Shown here in pieces: positions 20,515 through 31,677 of a DNA stretch of 64,000 nt. The first letter of the stretch is position 1, and every line of letters starts with the position of its first letter. The position numbers and the translations under genes were made by a program. The notes under the pieces are model-generated. The model did no database searches, had not been told where the DNA came from, and saw only the letters and a list, made by a program, of their open reading frames with translations. Source of the DNA: an uncultured delta proteobacterium (GTDB lineage Bacteria; Desulfobacterota; Desulfobacteria; Desulfobacterales; SG8-13); contig CAWKCK010000003.1 in NCBI GenBank assembly GCA_963848135.1, positions 124,001 through 188,000 of the forward strand, in the 5' to 3' direction.

Positions 20515-21600
20515 TCAGGCCTTTCCTTCAGCCACCAAAGTGTCCATAAACGTTTCGAGAAACCGGTAGAGCTTATAAACGCTGGCAATGTTCACGTGCT
20601 CCTCGGCGGTGTGCTGGCTCATATCTCCGTCGGCACCCCACACGATCCCTTTGATACCGTACTGGAAGAGGTGGCGGGCATCGCTGGCCCCGTGTTCGAA
20701 ACCGAGTCGCGTCACGCCGGTAATTTCCACGAGACGATCCAGATAGGGTGATTCTCCACCCATAAAAAGCGGTTCCCTTTCTTCAATGACGAGGCGACCG
20801 CTGATCTTGGCCTGCATATTTTTCACCAGCGGGTCGATATCATCGTTTTCCGTGTAGCGGATGTCAAACATCGCCTCAGCCAGGTCCGGGACCTGGTTGA
20901 TCGAAGTTCCGGCCTGGATCCGGCTGAAATTTACAGTGCGGTGCCAGTGGTCTGGAATGGATTCTTTGAAGAAAGATTTGATTATGCGGTAATCCTCGAT
21001 CAACTTTTCAATCGCATTTTCACCAAGCCAGGGTCGGGCCCCATGGGCGGATTTGCCCTCCGAAATGAGTTTGAGCCGCAGAATACCCTTTTCCTTGATG
21101 ACGATTTTATCGAGACTGCCGCCGTCCAAGGCTATACAGAAGTCGGCTTTCACCAGGGGCAAAACCTTCTGAGCGCCATTGGCGCCGCCGATTTCTTCAT
21201 CGCCGGTGATCAGGATACCGAAGGGTAGATCCCTCTGGCTCCCCCCCCGCTCGCGGTGCTTCTCGAGCTGTTCTTTGAAAAGAACCAGCGACAGGGCAAC
21301 CGCATATTTGTCGTCAATACTGCCGCGACCAAACAGCTTTCCATCCTGTTGCCACGGGTCAAACAGCTTCTCGGAGCCCGCTACCACGTCGATGTGGGTC
21401 ATCAGGAGAACAGGAAACCGCCCGGTGTTCGGAGCGACCAGCAGGGAAGGGACGTTCTGAAAATTCAGTCGTTGAAATTCAACGCTGTGGGTGTTGAGAT
21501 AGTTCTCAATGAAATCCGCACAGTCTTGAATTTCAGCCGGATTGGCGTGGGTGGATTTGAATCGGATAAGTTCTTCGGTCAGATGAATAATTTCATCCAT
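20515..21600 (-). CDS. M20/DapE-ArgE family metallopeptidase
   Basis: THIDVV, GRGSIDDK, DEEIGG, AHGARPW, HTAEEH. Confidence 0.9.
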   Translation of the reverse strand: MDEIIHLTEELIRFKSTHANPAEIQDCADFIENYLNTHSVEFQRLNFQNVPSLLVAPNTGRFPVLLMTHIDVVAGSEKLFDPWQQDGKLFGRGSIDDKYAVALSLVLFKEQLEKHRERGGSQRDLPFGILITGDEEIGGANGAQKVLPLVKADFCIALDGGSLDKIVIKEKGILRLKLISEGKSAHGARPWLGENAIEKLIEDYRIIKSFFKESIPDHWHRTVNFSRIQAGTSINQVPDLAEAMFDIRYTENDDIDPLVKNMQAKISGRLVIEEREPLFMGGESPYLDRLVEITGVTRLGFEHGASDARHLFQYGIKGIVWGADGDMSQHTAEEHVNIASVYKLYRFLETFMDTLVAEGKA

Positions 21601-22086
21601 GAGATTATGGCTCCCGATAGGAATCGTAATCGCTATTTTTCTATATTATTTGATCCCGGAATTGGACATTTTTTTATTCTTATCAGTGGAAATCCTGCAC
21701 GGCAAGAACTTTTAGCTGCTATTGAAAGGGCGGTGAAACGTAATTTTTTTCAGGCGATATGCGAACGGGATGGATCACGAGGCCTTTACGGGTATACCGC
21801 TGGGCCAAACGCCACAGTCCGAGGTCCGTCGCTATCGCCGTCGGCTGGCAAGCCGCTAAAAAAGCAAGCCTTGCCTATTTCTACGGCCGTGCCTTCGACA
21901 CGGCCAGCCGGGGACTGGAATCGGTCTATCGGGCATCTCAGCGGATGCAAAAATAGCGGTTCGTCATCAGGAAAAGAAATTTGAGATTGCAACCCCGATC
22001 TGATATAATACCAAGCAGATCCGGGGTAATACAATCATCGAAACTTTCCAACAATCACCATGAAAAGCCCCCGGACCGGTGAAATC

Positions 22087-22854
22087 ATGAAAATATACAT
22101 CCCGCCCGTGCGCATCATCGCCATTGCGATCGCGCTATCCCTGACCCTCATCGGGATAGGAATTGCGGCTGAGCCTTCCGAAGCGCTGGTAAATGCCGCC
22201 GAAATGGGCTTGGAAGATGAAGTCAAGCAATTGCTTGATTCGGGGACGGATCCAAACGGCATTAACGCATCGGGGTGGACCGCCCTGATGCAGGCCGCCA
22301 TGAACGGTCACACGAAAATCGTTCAGCTGCTGATTTCCCGCGGCGCTCGCATCAATATCAAGGGTGATGCGGGATGGGAAGCGCTGATGCTGGCCGCCCA
22401 GTTCGGCCACCGGGAAATCGTTCACCTCTTGTTGAAGCAGGAGGCGGATGTCAACGCGACGAGCCGAAACGGTTCGACCGCATTAATGTTTGCTGCCGGC
22501 AACGGTCATGACAACATTGTTAGGGACCTTTTGAAGCAGGGCGCCGACGTCTCCATGAAGGATTACTTGGGTCGTACGGCATTGATGTTCACAGCTATCG
22601 ACGGATATAGCAAAATAACCGATGTCCTACTTAAACATCGGTCGGACATCAATGCGGTTGACACGGAGGGTAACACAGCCTTACTGCTGGCCGTCAAAAG
22701 CAACCACGAAGGGGTTGTCCGTGCCCTGCTGACCGACTGTCCAGACCTTAGTGTCAAGGATCGTAGTGGGAAAACCGCGATTCAATGGGCTGCCGAAATG
22801 AAAAAGACGTCTCGCATTCTCGATCTGCTTAACGCCGCAGCGCCGTGCAATTGA
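22087..22854 (+). CDS. Secreted ankyrin repeat protein
   Basis: Signal-like N-terminus; about six GxTALxxA repeats. Confidence 0.9.
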   Translation: MKIYIPPVRIIAIAIALSLTLIGIGIAAEPSEALVNAAEMGLEDEVKQLLDSGTDPNGINASGWTALMQAAMNGHTKIVQLLISRGARINIKGDAGWEALMLAAQFGHREIVHLLLKQEADVNATSRNGSTALMFAAGNGHDNIVRDLLKQGADVSMKDYLGRTALMFTAIDGYSKITDVLLKHRSDINAVDTEGNTALLLAVKSNHEGVVRALLTDCPDLSVKDRSGKTAIQWAAEMKKTSRILDLLNAAAPCN

Positions 22855-23155
22855 CACTCAGAATCATCTGCTCCCAGAATTAGACCGCCTATAGGGCGGA
22901 GCGCTCATTTCTCAACCCATATCTGGATTGACCGGCCGAAAACGATTTTGTTATAATGCTGATAGTTGCCCTTAAACGCCGCAGGCACCTTGGCCGGCAA
23001 ACGAACCGCCTGCCATCGGCTTACGGAAGCCGAATGCCGTATTGTGGCTACCAGAATGAACAGGATGTTGTAAATCATCACGAAGGTCGTCTTGCCAATT
23101 GCAACAGTTTATTGCAGCCTGTTAGGAAGCTCCCCAAAGGAAAGGATGTGAGTGC

Positions 23156-23548
23156 ATGCCAAAACAGGTGAAAAGAGTCATACAAGATGAAACCAGGATC
23201 ACGGCCCGATTGATTGACCTGGTTTGTGATATGAGCATTCCGCAGCAATTGGAATTGCTGGAGAAACTGGATAGAAAACGATATAAGGGGGCACGAGCAG
23301 AGTCCAGGCACGACCGCAAAATCTTGGTCGCTTATGAGATCGATGACTATATCCACAAAGATATTACCCGCGACATCAGTAACACCGGCGTGTTTATAGA
23401 AACCCATTCTCCCCCGGCGATCGGCGAAACCATTACCCTTTCCTTTTCATTCTCCGAAGATAAAAAACCGGTTAAGGTTTCAGGCCGGGTTGTGAGAACG
23501 ACACCAGATGGTTTTGCCGTCAAATTTCAGCGCCGACCTCGAAAGTAA
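23156..23548 (+). CDS. PilZ domain protein
   Basis: RAESR (RxxxR) and DISNTG (DxSxxG), VSGRVVR, GFAVKF. Confidence 0.88.
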   Translation: MPKQVKRVIQDETRITARLIDLVCDMSIPQQLELLEKLDRKRYKGARAESRHDRKILVAYEIDDYIHKDITRDISNTGVFIETHSPPAIGETITLSFSFSEDKKPVKVSGRVVRTTPDGFAVKFQRRPRK

Positions 23549-23830
23549 CCTTCCTTGGGCTGCTGCGCCAAGCCGATGGTACCGCCCTGAATAATATCAA
23601 TCCGTAAATATTAGCTCCATTGTCTTCAAGCGACCCCTCGTTTTGACTTTTACCGAAACAGTCATAAATTACTGGGGGATTGAATGACTCATCCTAAATG
23701 CGTTGATGGATCTTTTGATCACCCAATTCATCAATAATATCCTGTTGGTGCGATTGAATTTATATCTGAGTACACAGAATTAATAAAAAAATATAGCTGT
23801 TAATTACTGACTGAAAGCGGGCATGAAAAC

Positions 23831-24679
23831 TTGAAATGTGATGCGTCCTCGAAGTATCTTTTTGTAAACGGTGAGTTGTTCACCGCCCCTGAAGCAACAG
23901 TATTTGATCACATCGGCGGTGAATCCGTATATGAAGTGATCAAGCTGCTGGGGGGGGTTCCATTGTTCTTCGAGGACCATATGGACCGCCTGCGCCGATC
24001 CATCGCGCTGCTGGGAATAAAATTTAACATATCAAACCACCGTATCCGAACGGAAATCAACTGCCTGACAGAGAAGACCGACTGCCGCAATATCAACGTA
24101 AAATTGGTTTGGACACCGGCGGGTGAAGAATCGATGTTTTTGACGTACTTCATACAACAGGACATACCGGCAATAGAAGACTACCAGAAAGGCGTGCACA
24201 CAATCCTGTTTAGTGCTGAACGTAAAAATCCACATGTTAAGGCGATCCAAACATCCTTTCGCGAGCGCGCCGCAACGACCCGGGATACGACCGGGGCCTA
24301 TGAAGCGTTATTGGTGGATAGCAGTGGCTATATATCCGAAGGGGCGCGCTCAAATATATTCTACCTGCTCGACAATCAGCTCTGCACGCCACCGTCCGGA
24401 AGTGTGCTCCTCGGTGTCACACGCCAGCACGTAATGTCCATTTGCCGCGAAATCGGCCTTAAAATCAGGCAAAGAAAGCTACACCGCGACGAACTCAACC
24501 GATTGGCAGGGGCCTTCATCACTGGTACAACCATCGATGTTTTGCCGGTCAGATCCATTGAAAGCGTGAATTTCGACTCGGCCGTGCACCCCGCCATTGT
24601 AAAAATTGCGAAGGCATTCGACAAACACGTGACGAACTATGTAAAGAAACAATTTGGAGATCAAAGGAGTTTGTTATGA
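23831..24679 (+). CDS. Aminotransferase class IV (IlvE/PabC/D-amino acid transaminase-like)
   Basis: VYEVI, HMDRLRRS, ISEGARSNIF, LLGVTR, AFITGT; TTG start. Confidence 0.88.
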   Translation: MKCDASSKYLFVNGELFTAPEATVFDHIGGESVYEVIKLLGGVPLFFEDHMDRLRRSIALLGIKFNISNHRIRTEINCLTEKTDCRNINVKLVWTPAGEESMFLTYFIQQDIPAIEDYQKGVHTILFSAERKNPHVKAIQTSFRERAATTRDTTGAYEALLVDSSGYISEGARSNIFYLLDNQLCTPPSGSVLLGVTRQHVMSICREIGLKIRQRKLHRDELNRLAGAFITGTTIDVLPVRSIESVNFDSAVHPAIVKIAKAFDKHVTNYVKKQFGDQRSLL

Positions 24680-26689
24680 AAAGTGGATTGAAATGGGGGC
24701 TGATTGCCGTGGGTGGTACAATTGCATTGGTGATTCTGATCCTCTTGATTTTACCCGTATTCGTCGATGCAAATAAATTCAAGCCGGTCCTCGAAAAAAA
24801 GGTCACCGAAATGACGGGTCGACCCTTTTCCGTGAGCGGGAAGGTCGACATATCTTTTTTCCCCTTTGCCGGTGTCTCCTTTTCTGATCTTAATCTCGGC
24901 AATCCACAAGGATTTGCCGAAAAGGATTTTGTAACCATAAAATCCTTTGACGTGCGGGTTAAACTACTGCCGCTCCTGTCCAGAGATGTCCAAATTAAAC
25001 ATTTTATTCTGAAGGAACCTCAAATCTTTTTGATTAAGGACAAACAAGGCCGCACGAACTGGGACTTTTCAACACAGAAAGAAAACAAGCCGACGACAGC
25101 GACGAATAAAGACGCATCCGAAAGCGAATCTGTGGCGGGATTACCCATCCGTTCATTAACCGTCGGCGATTTTTCGATCAAAAATGGAACTGTCAAATGG
25201 ATCGACATCCCTTCCGGTACTCGCAAAACGATCGATCAGCTGGATGTGGTGTTCACAGACCTCTCCCTCGATCGACCGATCGGGGTGAATTTGTCTGCCC
25301 GATTGGATGGCAAACCAATTTCCCTGAACGGAACCCTCGGGCCCGTCGGTCAGGATCCGGGTAAAGCCACCATACCATTGGATATATCCTTAAAGGCTTT
25401 TTCGGAACTGGCTCTATCACTAAAAGGCACCGTCGCTTCCCCGGCAGCAAATCCACGGGCCGATTTAAACATCGATGTGGCGGAGTTTTCACCTCGCAAA
25501 TTGCTTGTAGAACTGGGGCAGAATCAGCCGATTGCCACCCGGGATCCCGGGGTCTTGAATAAGGTGTCACTGCAGGCTGGAATTTCGGCGTCTTCCGATC
25601 GAATAAGCGTATCGAATGGCAAGCATGATCGTCGATGATTCTAAATTAACATTCACCAGCCGGGTTACTCGATTCTCCCGTCCGGAAATCGCTTTTGAGG
25701 CTGAAATTGACAGAATCGACGTTGACCGTTACCTGCCACCAACCGCCGAATCGAAAGCTGATGCTTCTCCCGGATTATCGAAGAGCAAATCGTCACCAAC
25801 TGCCGGCGGAGGGAAGAAAACCGATTACGAGCCCCTCCGGCGTCTAATACTGGCCGGAAAACTGAAGGCCGGCGATATGATAATTCAAAAAACCAAACTC
25901 TCCAATCTTAGCGCCAAATTTTTCGCAAAGGACGGCATCATTCGCATTGCGCCGCTTCAGGCCGATCTATACAAGGGCAGCCTCATCCTGAACTCTGATC
26001 TGAATGTCAGCCAGAATGTACCTCGCAGCGCTGTCAAGTTGGAACTCAAAAATATTCTTGCCGGACCCTTTCTAAAAGACCAGATACAAAAGGATGTTCT
26101 GGAAGGCGTCACGAACGGCAGCATCGATCTATCTTTCCGCGGGGAAGATCCCGAACTCATTCGCAAAACCTTAAACGGAGGTGGTGAACTCCGGTTCAAC
26201 GATGGTGCCATTAAAGGCCTCGATCTGGCCGGCATGATTCGCAGTGCCCGGGCCATGTTAAGCGGTGATGCCCAAAGCATCGAAGTCGGCTCCCGCACGG
26301 ACTTTACTGAGATGAAGATCCCTTTCAAAATAAGTGACGGGATCTTCAGTACGGCCCAGACCAGCCTGCAGTCGCCTTTGCTGCGTGTCAAAGCTGCTGG
26401 GGACGCGAATTTGGTGAATGAAACATTGAATTTCCTCTTGGAGCCGACAGCTGTCGGTACGATCAAAGGGCAGGGTGATCAGGGAGACCGCCGGGGGGTA
26501 AAAGTTCCTATCATCGTGAGCGGCACCTTCACTGATCCAAAGTTTACCGTGGACACGAAAGCGATCGCCGGGGAACAAATCGAAAAACAGGTTTTTGAAA
26601 ACGAAAGGGTTCAGAAGTATATGGAAAAGAAAGGGCTCAAAGAATATGAGGAACCGGTCAAGGGCCTGCTGAAAAAGTTTCTGAACTGA
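24676..26689 (+). CDS. AsmA family protein (frameshift near 25621)
   Basis: N-terminal TM anchor, DANKFKP, GRTNW; C-terminal DGAIKGLDL and VPIIVSGTFTDPKF. Removing one A joins the two ORFs. Confidence 0.85.
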
Positions 26690-26971
26690 TTACGATAGTT
26701 ACTTACTAGGCTGATCCACTTCGATAACAAGATCGAATCCACGCCGTTCGCCATTGTGCAAAACCAGTTGATAGTTGGTCGGAATTTTTATACTGCCCGA
26801 GACGAGGGTACTCACGACTTCGGCTTTGGTATCGGTAAGCATGATATTCCTCTTTCCATCTCGTTTTACTTCTTGACATACTATCAGGCCGCCCTATGGT
26901 ATTTCTAATGGATGCTGCCGGTAGAAAGCCGACGGTAAAAACGTCTTCGGATAACATAAGAGAGGTGACAC

Positions 26972-27493
26972 ATGAAACTCGCAGTCATAATAGTAACGGC
27001 GATTTTACTGGCTACAGGGCCGGCGTGGTCCGATGATATGCTGGTCGAAATTTACGCCATCGACGACACCGGTACGGGATCATCCCTCGGGACTATCGCC
27101 GTTTCCGCAACCCCCTACGGCACACTTTTCTCACCGGCGTTAACCGGTTTGACGCCCGGCCTGCACGGATTTCACGTTCACGAAAACCCTGATTGCTCTG
27201 CAGCTGTAAAGGGGGGTAAAACGGTTCCGGGACTCGCTGCGGGCGGGCATTATGATCCTGCAGGTACCGGACGGCATGAAGGTCCCTATGCAAACGGCCA
27301 CCTGGGAGATCTGCCGCCACTGTTCGCAGACATGAACGGCCAGTCGACTTTGCCGGTCCTGTCTCCCCGTATCAAGCTTTCCGATTTGACGGGGCGATCG
27401 CTCATGATTCACGCCGGTGGTGATAACTATTCAGATAGCCCCATGGCCCTCGGCGGCGGCGGCGCGCGAGTGGCTTGCGGGGTAGTCAAGTAG
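26972..27493 (+). CDS. sodC: Periplasmic Cu/Zn superoxide dismutase
   Basis: Signal peptide; HGFHVH, AGGHYDP, HLGDLP, LMIHAGGDN, GARVACG. Confidence 0.96.
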   Translation: MKLAVIIVTAILLATGPAWSDDMLVEIYAIDDTGTGSSLGTIAVSATPYGTLFSPALTGLTPGLHGFHVHENPDCSAAVKGGKTVPGLAAGGHYDPAGTGRHEGPYANGHLGDLPPLFADMNGQSTLPVLSPRIKLSDLTGRSLMIHAGGDNYSDSPMALGGGGARVACGVVK

Positions 27494-27603
27494 CAAACCA
27501 GCCCCTATATCGAAGATAAAAGCGCGTGTTCGCAAATCCCCCAATGGCATAGAAGTGAAAAATGGTGGGCGGGACCCGTCAAAATTCGACAGAGATCCAC
27601 TGT

Positions 27604-28689
27604 TTATGGGAGGGATTTGTGAACGATGTTGAGCGCCTCTGTGACCAGGACTTCATCCGCCTGGGTTCCCATATGCCCAATCCGAAAGATTTTCCCAGCC
27701 AACGCGCCATAGTTCCCCCCCAGTACGAGACCATTTTCCCGCAACCGGGCATCGAAGTCCTCCCATTTTACCCCGTGGGGCAGGTAGGCGGCGGTCACCG
27801 TCGGAGATGGAACTGAACTGTGTGCCGGGAAAAGGGTTATCCCCATTTCGCGCAATCTCTGGCGGCAAAGAGACGCCACGGTCGCGTGCCGCTCAAAACA
27901 GGCTGGCAGGCCTTCAGAGAGGATGAGTTCGGCGCCGGCATTTAAAGCCGCTAGGCCATGCCAGTTGGGTGTGTATGGAAAATAGTGTTTATCCGTGACT
28001 TCCCTGAACGGTTTTAGGGCATCGTAGCCGACATAATCAACCTTCTCAATGATTTCCCAAGCCGATTCACTCACCGACAGGAAAGCCGTGTCCGCTGGTG
28101 CTGAAAGACATTTCTGGGCGCCACCAAGGCAAAGATCGATGTTCCATAAATCGGTCATCACTGGTGTACCGCCGATACTGGAGACCGCGTCCACATACAG
28201 AAGTGGCACATGATAATTATCTTTCAGCCGTCCCAGATCCATCAATGGATTCAGAGTGCCCGATGGTGTCTCGCAGTGAACTGCGGTGATCATTTTGGGT
28301 TTGAACGTATCGATGGCCGTTTCAATTTCGGACGTATCGGATAGGGTCTGATCGTCTGGCAGGCTTACTTTGTGGACCTCGGCACCGATCGACTGCGCCA
28401 TATCGGCAATACCGTGGCCGAAAAGCCCGGTGGCAACCGCCAACACTTTATCGCCACGAACAATGCTACTTTTCACCGCTCCCCAAAGAGCCGCCATTCC
28501 CTCACCGGAAAGTACGACCACCGAATTGGCAGTGTCCATAATCTTCTGCAGATTGGCAGTGGTTTTATGGTACAGCTCGAAAAACTCGGGTTCCAGATCG
28601 GCCGATCCGTAGTTGACACTAAAAGCGTCGATGACCCTCTGAGGAAGTTTAACGGGGCCGGGAACCATTGGGATGGGATAACTTTGCAT
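27604..28689 (-). CDS. Class V PLP aminotransferase (alanine-glyoxylate/serine-pyruvate type)
   Basis: MVPGP, VHCETPSG, VDAVSS, GAQKCLS, FRIGHMG; GGAGG RBS. Confidence 0.9.
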   Translation of the reverse strand: MQSYPIPMVPGPVKLPQRVIDAFSVNYGSADLEPEFFELYHKTTANLQKIMDTANSVVVLSGEGMAALWGAVKSSIVRGDKVLAVATGLFGHGIADMAQSIGAEVHKVSLPDDQTLSDTSEIETAIDTFKPKMITAVHCETPSGTLNPLMDLGRLKDNYHVPLLYVDAVSSIGGTPVMTDLWNIDLCLGGAQKCLSAPADTAFLSVSESAWEIIEKVDYVGYDALKPFREVTDKHYFPYTPNWHGLAALNAGAELILSEGLPACFERHATVASLCRQRLREMGITLFPAHSSVPSPTVTAAYLPHGVKWEDFDARLRENGLVLGGNYGALAGKIFRIGHMGTQADEVLVTEALNIVHKSLP

Positions 28690-28746
28690 ATCGATTACCC
28701 TCCGATCGAAACCAAATTGACCAAATTCGCATGGCATAAAGAAATG

Positions 28747-29511
28747 TCATTTTGATCGATTCAATTTAAGATAGACTTTACGGGCATATTTCTGGATGAC
28801 AGGCGTGCCGGCGCCATGTCGAACGGCCCGCAACACCCGCTCCTTGTCTATTGGGACAGTGCCGGCCAACAGATCGACCGGCAGAGACAGAAACGCGTCC
28901 GCCGACATGGGGGTGCCGGGTCCAATGACGACGGTTTTCACAGACGGCGCAGCGTGACAAAGAATTTCTTCGGTTGTGTGGTTGAGAATCGATGTAGAAG
29001 TCATGATCAGAACGTCCACAGATCCCTGAAGCTGCTGGTAGAAATCCGCCGGCCGTCCAATATGGCGGGCAGCATCGAGAACCACAAGCTTTGCCCCCAC
29101 GGACTCACAGCGCCTGGCCAGAGGCTTCATCAAGCCCACCATCGCCACCCGGGTATCCTGTTCGATTGCCAGGGTCTCGAGCAGGATACGGTTATCGGAA
29201 TCTTCCGGTAATTCGAAAGCGAACGGGTAATTCAAGGCGTTAATCAACGCGAGCGCCATGCTACGACGGATGGTATCAGAACCGGTCAGGCATGCCAACA
29301 GGCCATCGGCCGGTTGTCCTTCCCAGTCAACATAATCCCGCTTTAATCCACATGCTTGCTTGGTCCTGAAATAAGTGTAGGCCAGGCCAATACCGCCATC
29401 ATCCGTTACCACGGCCGTGTATCCCAGTCCGACCGACACCAGCGCAATTCGCAATCGGGCGGCTTTGTCGACAAACAGATCATAAAGCCTCTGGCATAGT
29501 TCCATACGCAT
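28747..29511 (-). CDS. DUF364/Rossmann-like domain protein
   Basis: VGLGYTAV, LALINAL, VAMVG, TSTSILNHT, IGPGTPM. Confidence 0.75.
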   Translation of the reverse strand: MRMELCQRLYDLFVDKAARLRIALVSVGLGYTAVVTDDGGIGLAYTYFRTKQACGLKRDYVDWEGQPADGLLACLTGSDTIRRSMALALINALNYPFAFELPEDSDNRILLETLAIEQDTRVAMVGLMKPLARRCESVGAKLVVLDAARHIGRPADFYQQLQGSVDVLIMTSTSILNHTTEEILCHAAPSVKTVVIGPGTPMSADAFLSLPVDLLAGTVPIDKERVLRAVRHGAGTPVIQKYARKVYLKLNRSK

Positions 29512-29634
29512 CCGCTTTCTAAATATAAATTCCTCTGTTATTACAGTTAATGGCTGGGACTATTTTTTCCACAGGGTGTGTGTTAGAATAATCAAGCCGA
29601 CGCGGAAGCGCTGTAAAGGCGGCATAGAAAATCG

Positions 29635-29742
29635 GTAAGCATTCACAGGGCATCGCATCTGCTTTGTTGTCGGGCACTTGAAGTACAAAAGTACGTCTGC
29701 GCGCCCCGCGCCTTGCATCCGCGGCACCCTGTAAACGCTTAC
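29635..29742. repeat. Palindromic MITE/REP-like intergenic element
   Basis: Terminal inverted repeats GTAAGCATTCACAGGG / CCCTGTAAACGCTTAC (14/16) with internal partial symmetry. Confidence 0.6.
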
Positions 29743-29854
29743 AGTTCTGTGGTCTTAAGCACATTGGTCGTTGAAACCCTGCGAATCGATACGAAAATCG
29801 TTGTGAGCGCCTGAAAAGTAGCGCTAAATTCGAAAAGGAATTACGTTTACTTCA

Positions 29855-30445
29855 ATGCACATTCCTACCCGAGAAATGAGTTACCGCTTGATCCGCAAAA
29901 TGGCGATGCCTGATCACATTATTTGCCACTCCCTTCAGGTCTGTCGTGTCGCCTTATTGCTGGTGCGCGAGCTTGCAGGCCAGGGTATATCACTCAATGG
30001 GCCACTGGTTCAGGCCGGTGCTTTGCTTCACGATATCACCAAATCCCGCAGCTTCAAAACCGGTGAAAGGCACACGGATAGCGGTCATGAACTTCTCGTT
30101 AATTTGGGACACCCTGAGGTCGGCGACATCATCCGGCAACACGTCAAGTTGGATACTTATTCCGAAAACGGCGCGCTGGCCGAGGCAAATATCGTCAATT
30201 ATGCCGACAAGCGGGTCCTTCATGACCGCATCACCAGCCTGGATGAGCGGATGGAATACATTCTATCACGTTACGGCACCACAACGGAATACCGCACCCG
30301 CCTTCGTTGGCTGTGGGGCGTATCAACCGAACAGGAGAAGAAGATTTTTACCGGCCTATCATTTTCACCGTCCCAAATAGAGGACCATATGGACAGTCTT
30401 GACATTCCGATGCAACTCATGCAGATAAAAACCACCCCGCTATGA
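29855..30445 (+). CDS. HD domain metal-dependent phosphohydrolase
   Basis: HSLQV, LLHDI, RQH, YADK. Confidence 0.88.
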   Translation: MHIPTREMSYRLIRKMAMPDHIICHSLQVCRVALLLVRELAGQGISLNGPLVQAGALLHDITKSRSFKTGERHTDSGHELLVNLGHPEVGDIIRQHVKLDTYSENGALAEANIVNYADKRVLHDRITSLDERMEYILSRYGTTTEYRTRLRWLWGVSTEQEKKIFTGLSFSPSQIEDHMDSLDIPMQLMQIKTTPL

Positions 30446-30575
30446 CTTGATACCGAAAAGCGTTGAGATCGCTATCGGAAGCGCCGCCGATCGACCTCAT
30501 AATTGGTTGTTGATATCTGACCGATCTTCAACAATGACGGCCTTCCGTATCGAACTTATCTATTTCCGACCGTCT

Positions 30576-31165
30576 TCAGGGTTGTCGCCTGGCGGTTTCA
30601 ATAAACACCGTTTCGACGGGAACATCCCGCATCATACCCGAATTTTTGGTTTTCGCCCCTGAAATAGCATCCACGACATCCATCCCCTTCACAACCTTAC
30701 CGAACACGGCATAGCCCCAGTTTTGACCGGATTTACCGCGGTGGTTAAGGAATTCATTATCGGCCGTATTGATGAAGAACTGCGCCGTGGCACTATGAGG
30801 ATCTTGCGTACGGGCCATTGCGACGGTCCCACGAGTCATTTTTCAAACCGTTGTCGGCCTCATTTTGAATGGGCGACTCCGTCGATTTACGCTTCATTTC
30901 GGCAGAAAAGCCACCACCTTGAATCATAAAATTCGGTATGACCCGATGAAATATCGTGCCGTCATAAAATCCATTGTCAACGTAAGATAAAAAATTTTTT
31001 ACTGTTAACGGTGCTTTTTCCGGATAGAGCTCGATCAAAATGATGCCTTTGGACGTTTGTAATGTGACCTGTGGAGTCACCGGCAAAACTGTTCCCGGTT
31101 GATGTTACCTGTGCGATAATCAGGGAAATCATGAAAATCAAATTTGTCATTAACCGAATGCTCAT
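30576..31165 (-). CDS. ppiA: Periplasmic cyclophilin-type peptidyl-prolyl isomerase (two frameshifts, near 31075 and 30835)
   Basis: Three fragments: signal peptide; [29 protein letters not shown]...SATAQFFIN...GYAVFGKV. Confidence 0.85.
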
Positions 31166-31677
31166 CGTATTACCTCCGCTGAATAATTGGGGTTGAACCC
31201 CATAAGGCCCAACACCGGAAGTTGAGGGTTTTACCGCTTTTCAATAATAAATTCCGAAATATGTCAGGGTGGTATAAATACTTGAAGAAAACACTTTCGA
31301 ATAACGGAACGGTTTATTGACAACCACGGTATCTACCTTTGTCTACCGAATCAGATTTTTCCATACACTACTCTTATTTATTCGGAAAGCAAGCCGCGCA
31401 GCCGACTGCCAAACCCATTTGGAAAACGAGCAATCTTTTTTTCGTTCACGGGAACAGCGCAGTTGAACCATCTGGTGCTTGACCCCAGAAGAATAGATTG
31501 TTATTAATAACGGGTTCACTGTCGCACTTGGCGATCTGGCGGCTCACGTCTTCACGGCAATAGGCCATGTGGTTCCCTCGACCCGAGGGAATCTCCAACG
31601 AGCGCTCAGCTTGCCGGTAAATACGGGAAAATATCGACAAGCAACGGCCATATACGGATTTCTAACAGATTCGGTTT

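Noticed and set aside
21256..21984. 242-aa plus-strand ORF
   Set aside because: Overlaps the M20 peptidase antisense and runs through its promoter region; no protein-like features
22860..23150. c-di-GMP riboswitch upstream of the PilZ gene
   Set aside because: One small hairpin is present but the GEMM consensus elements are not
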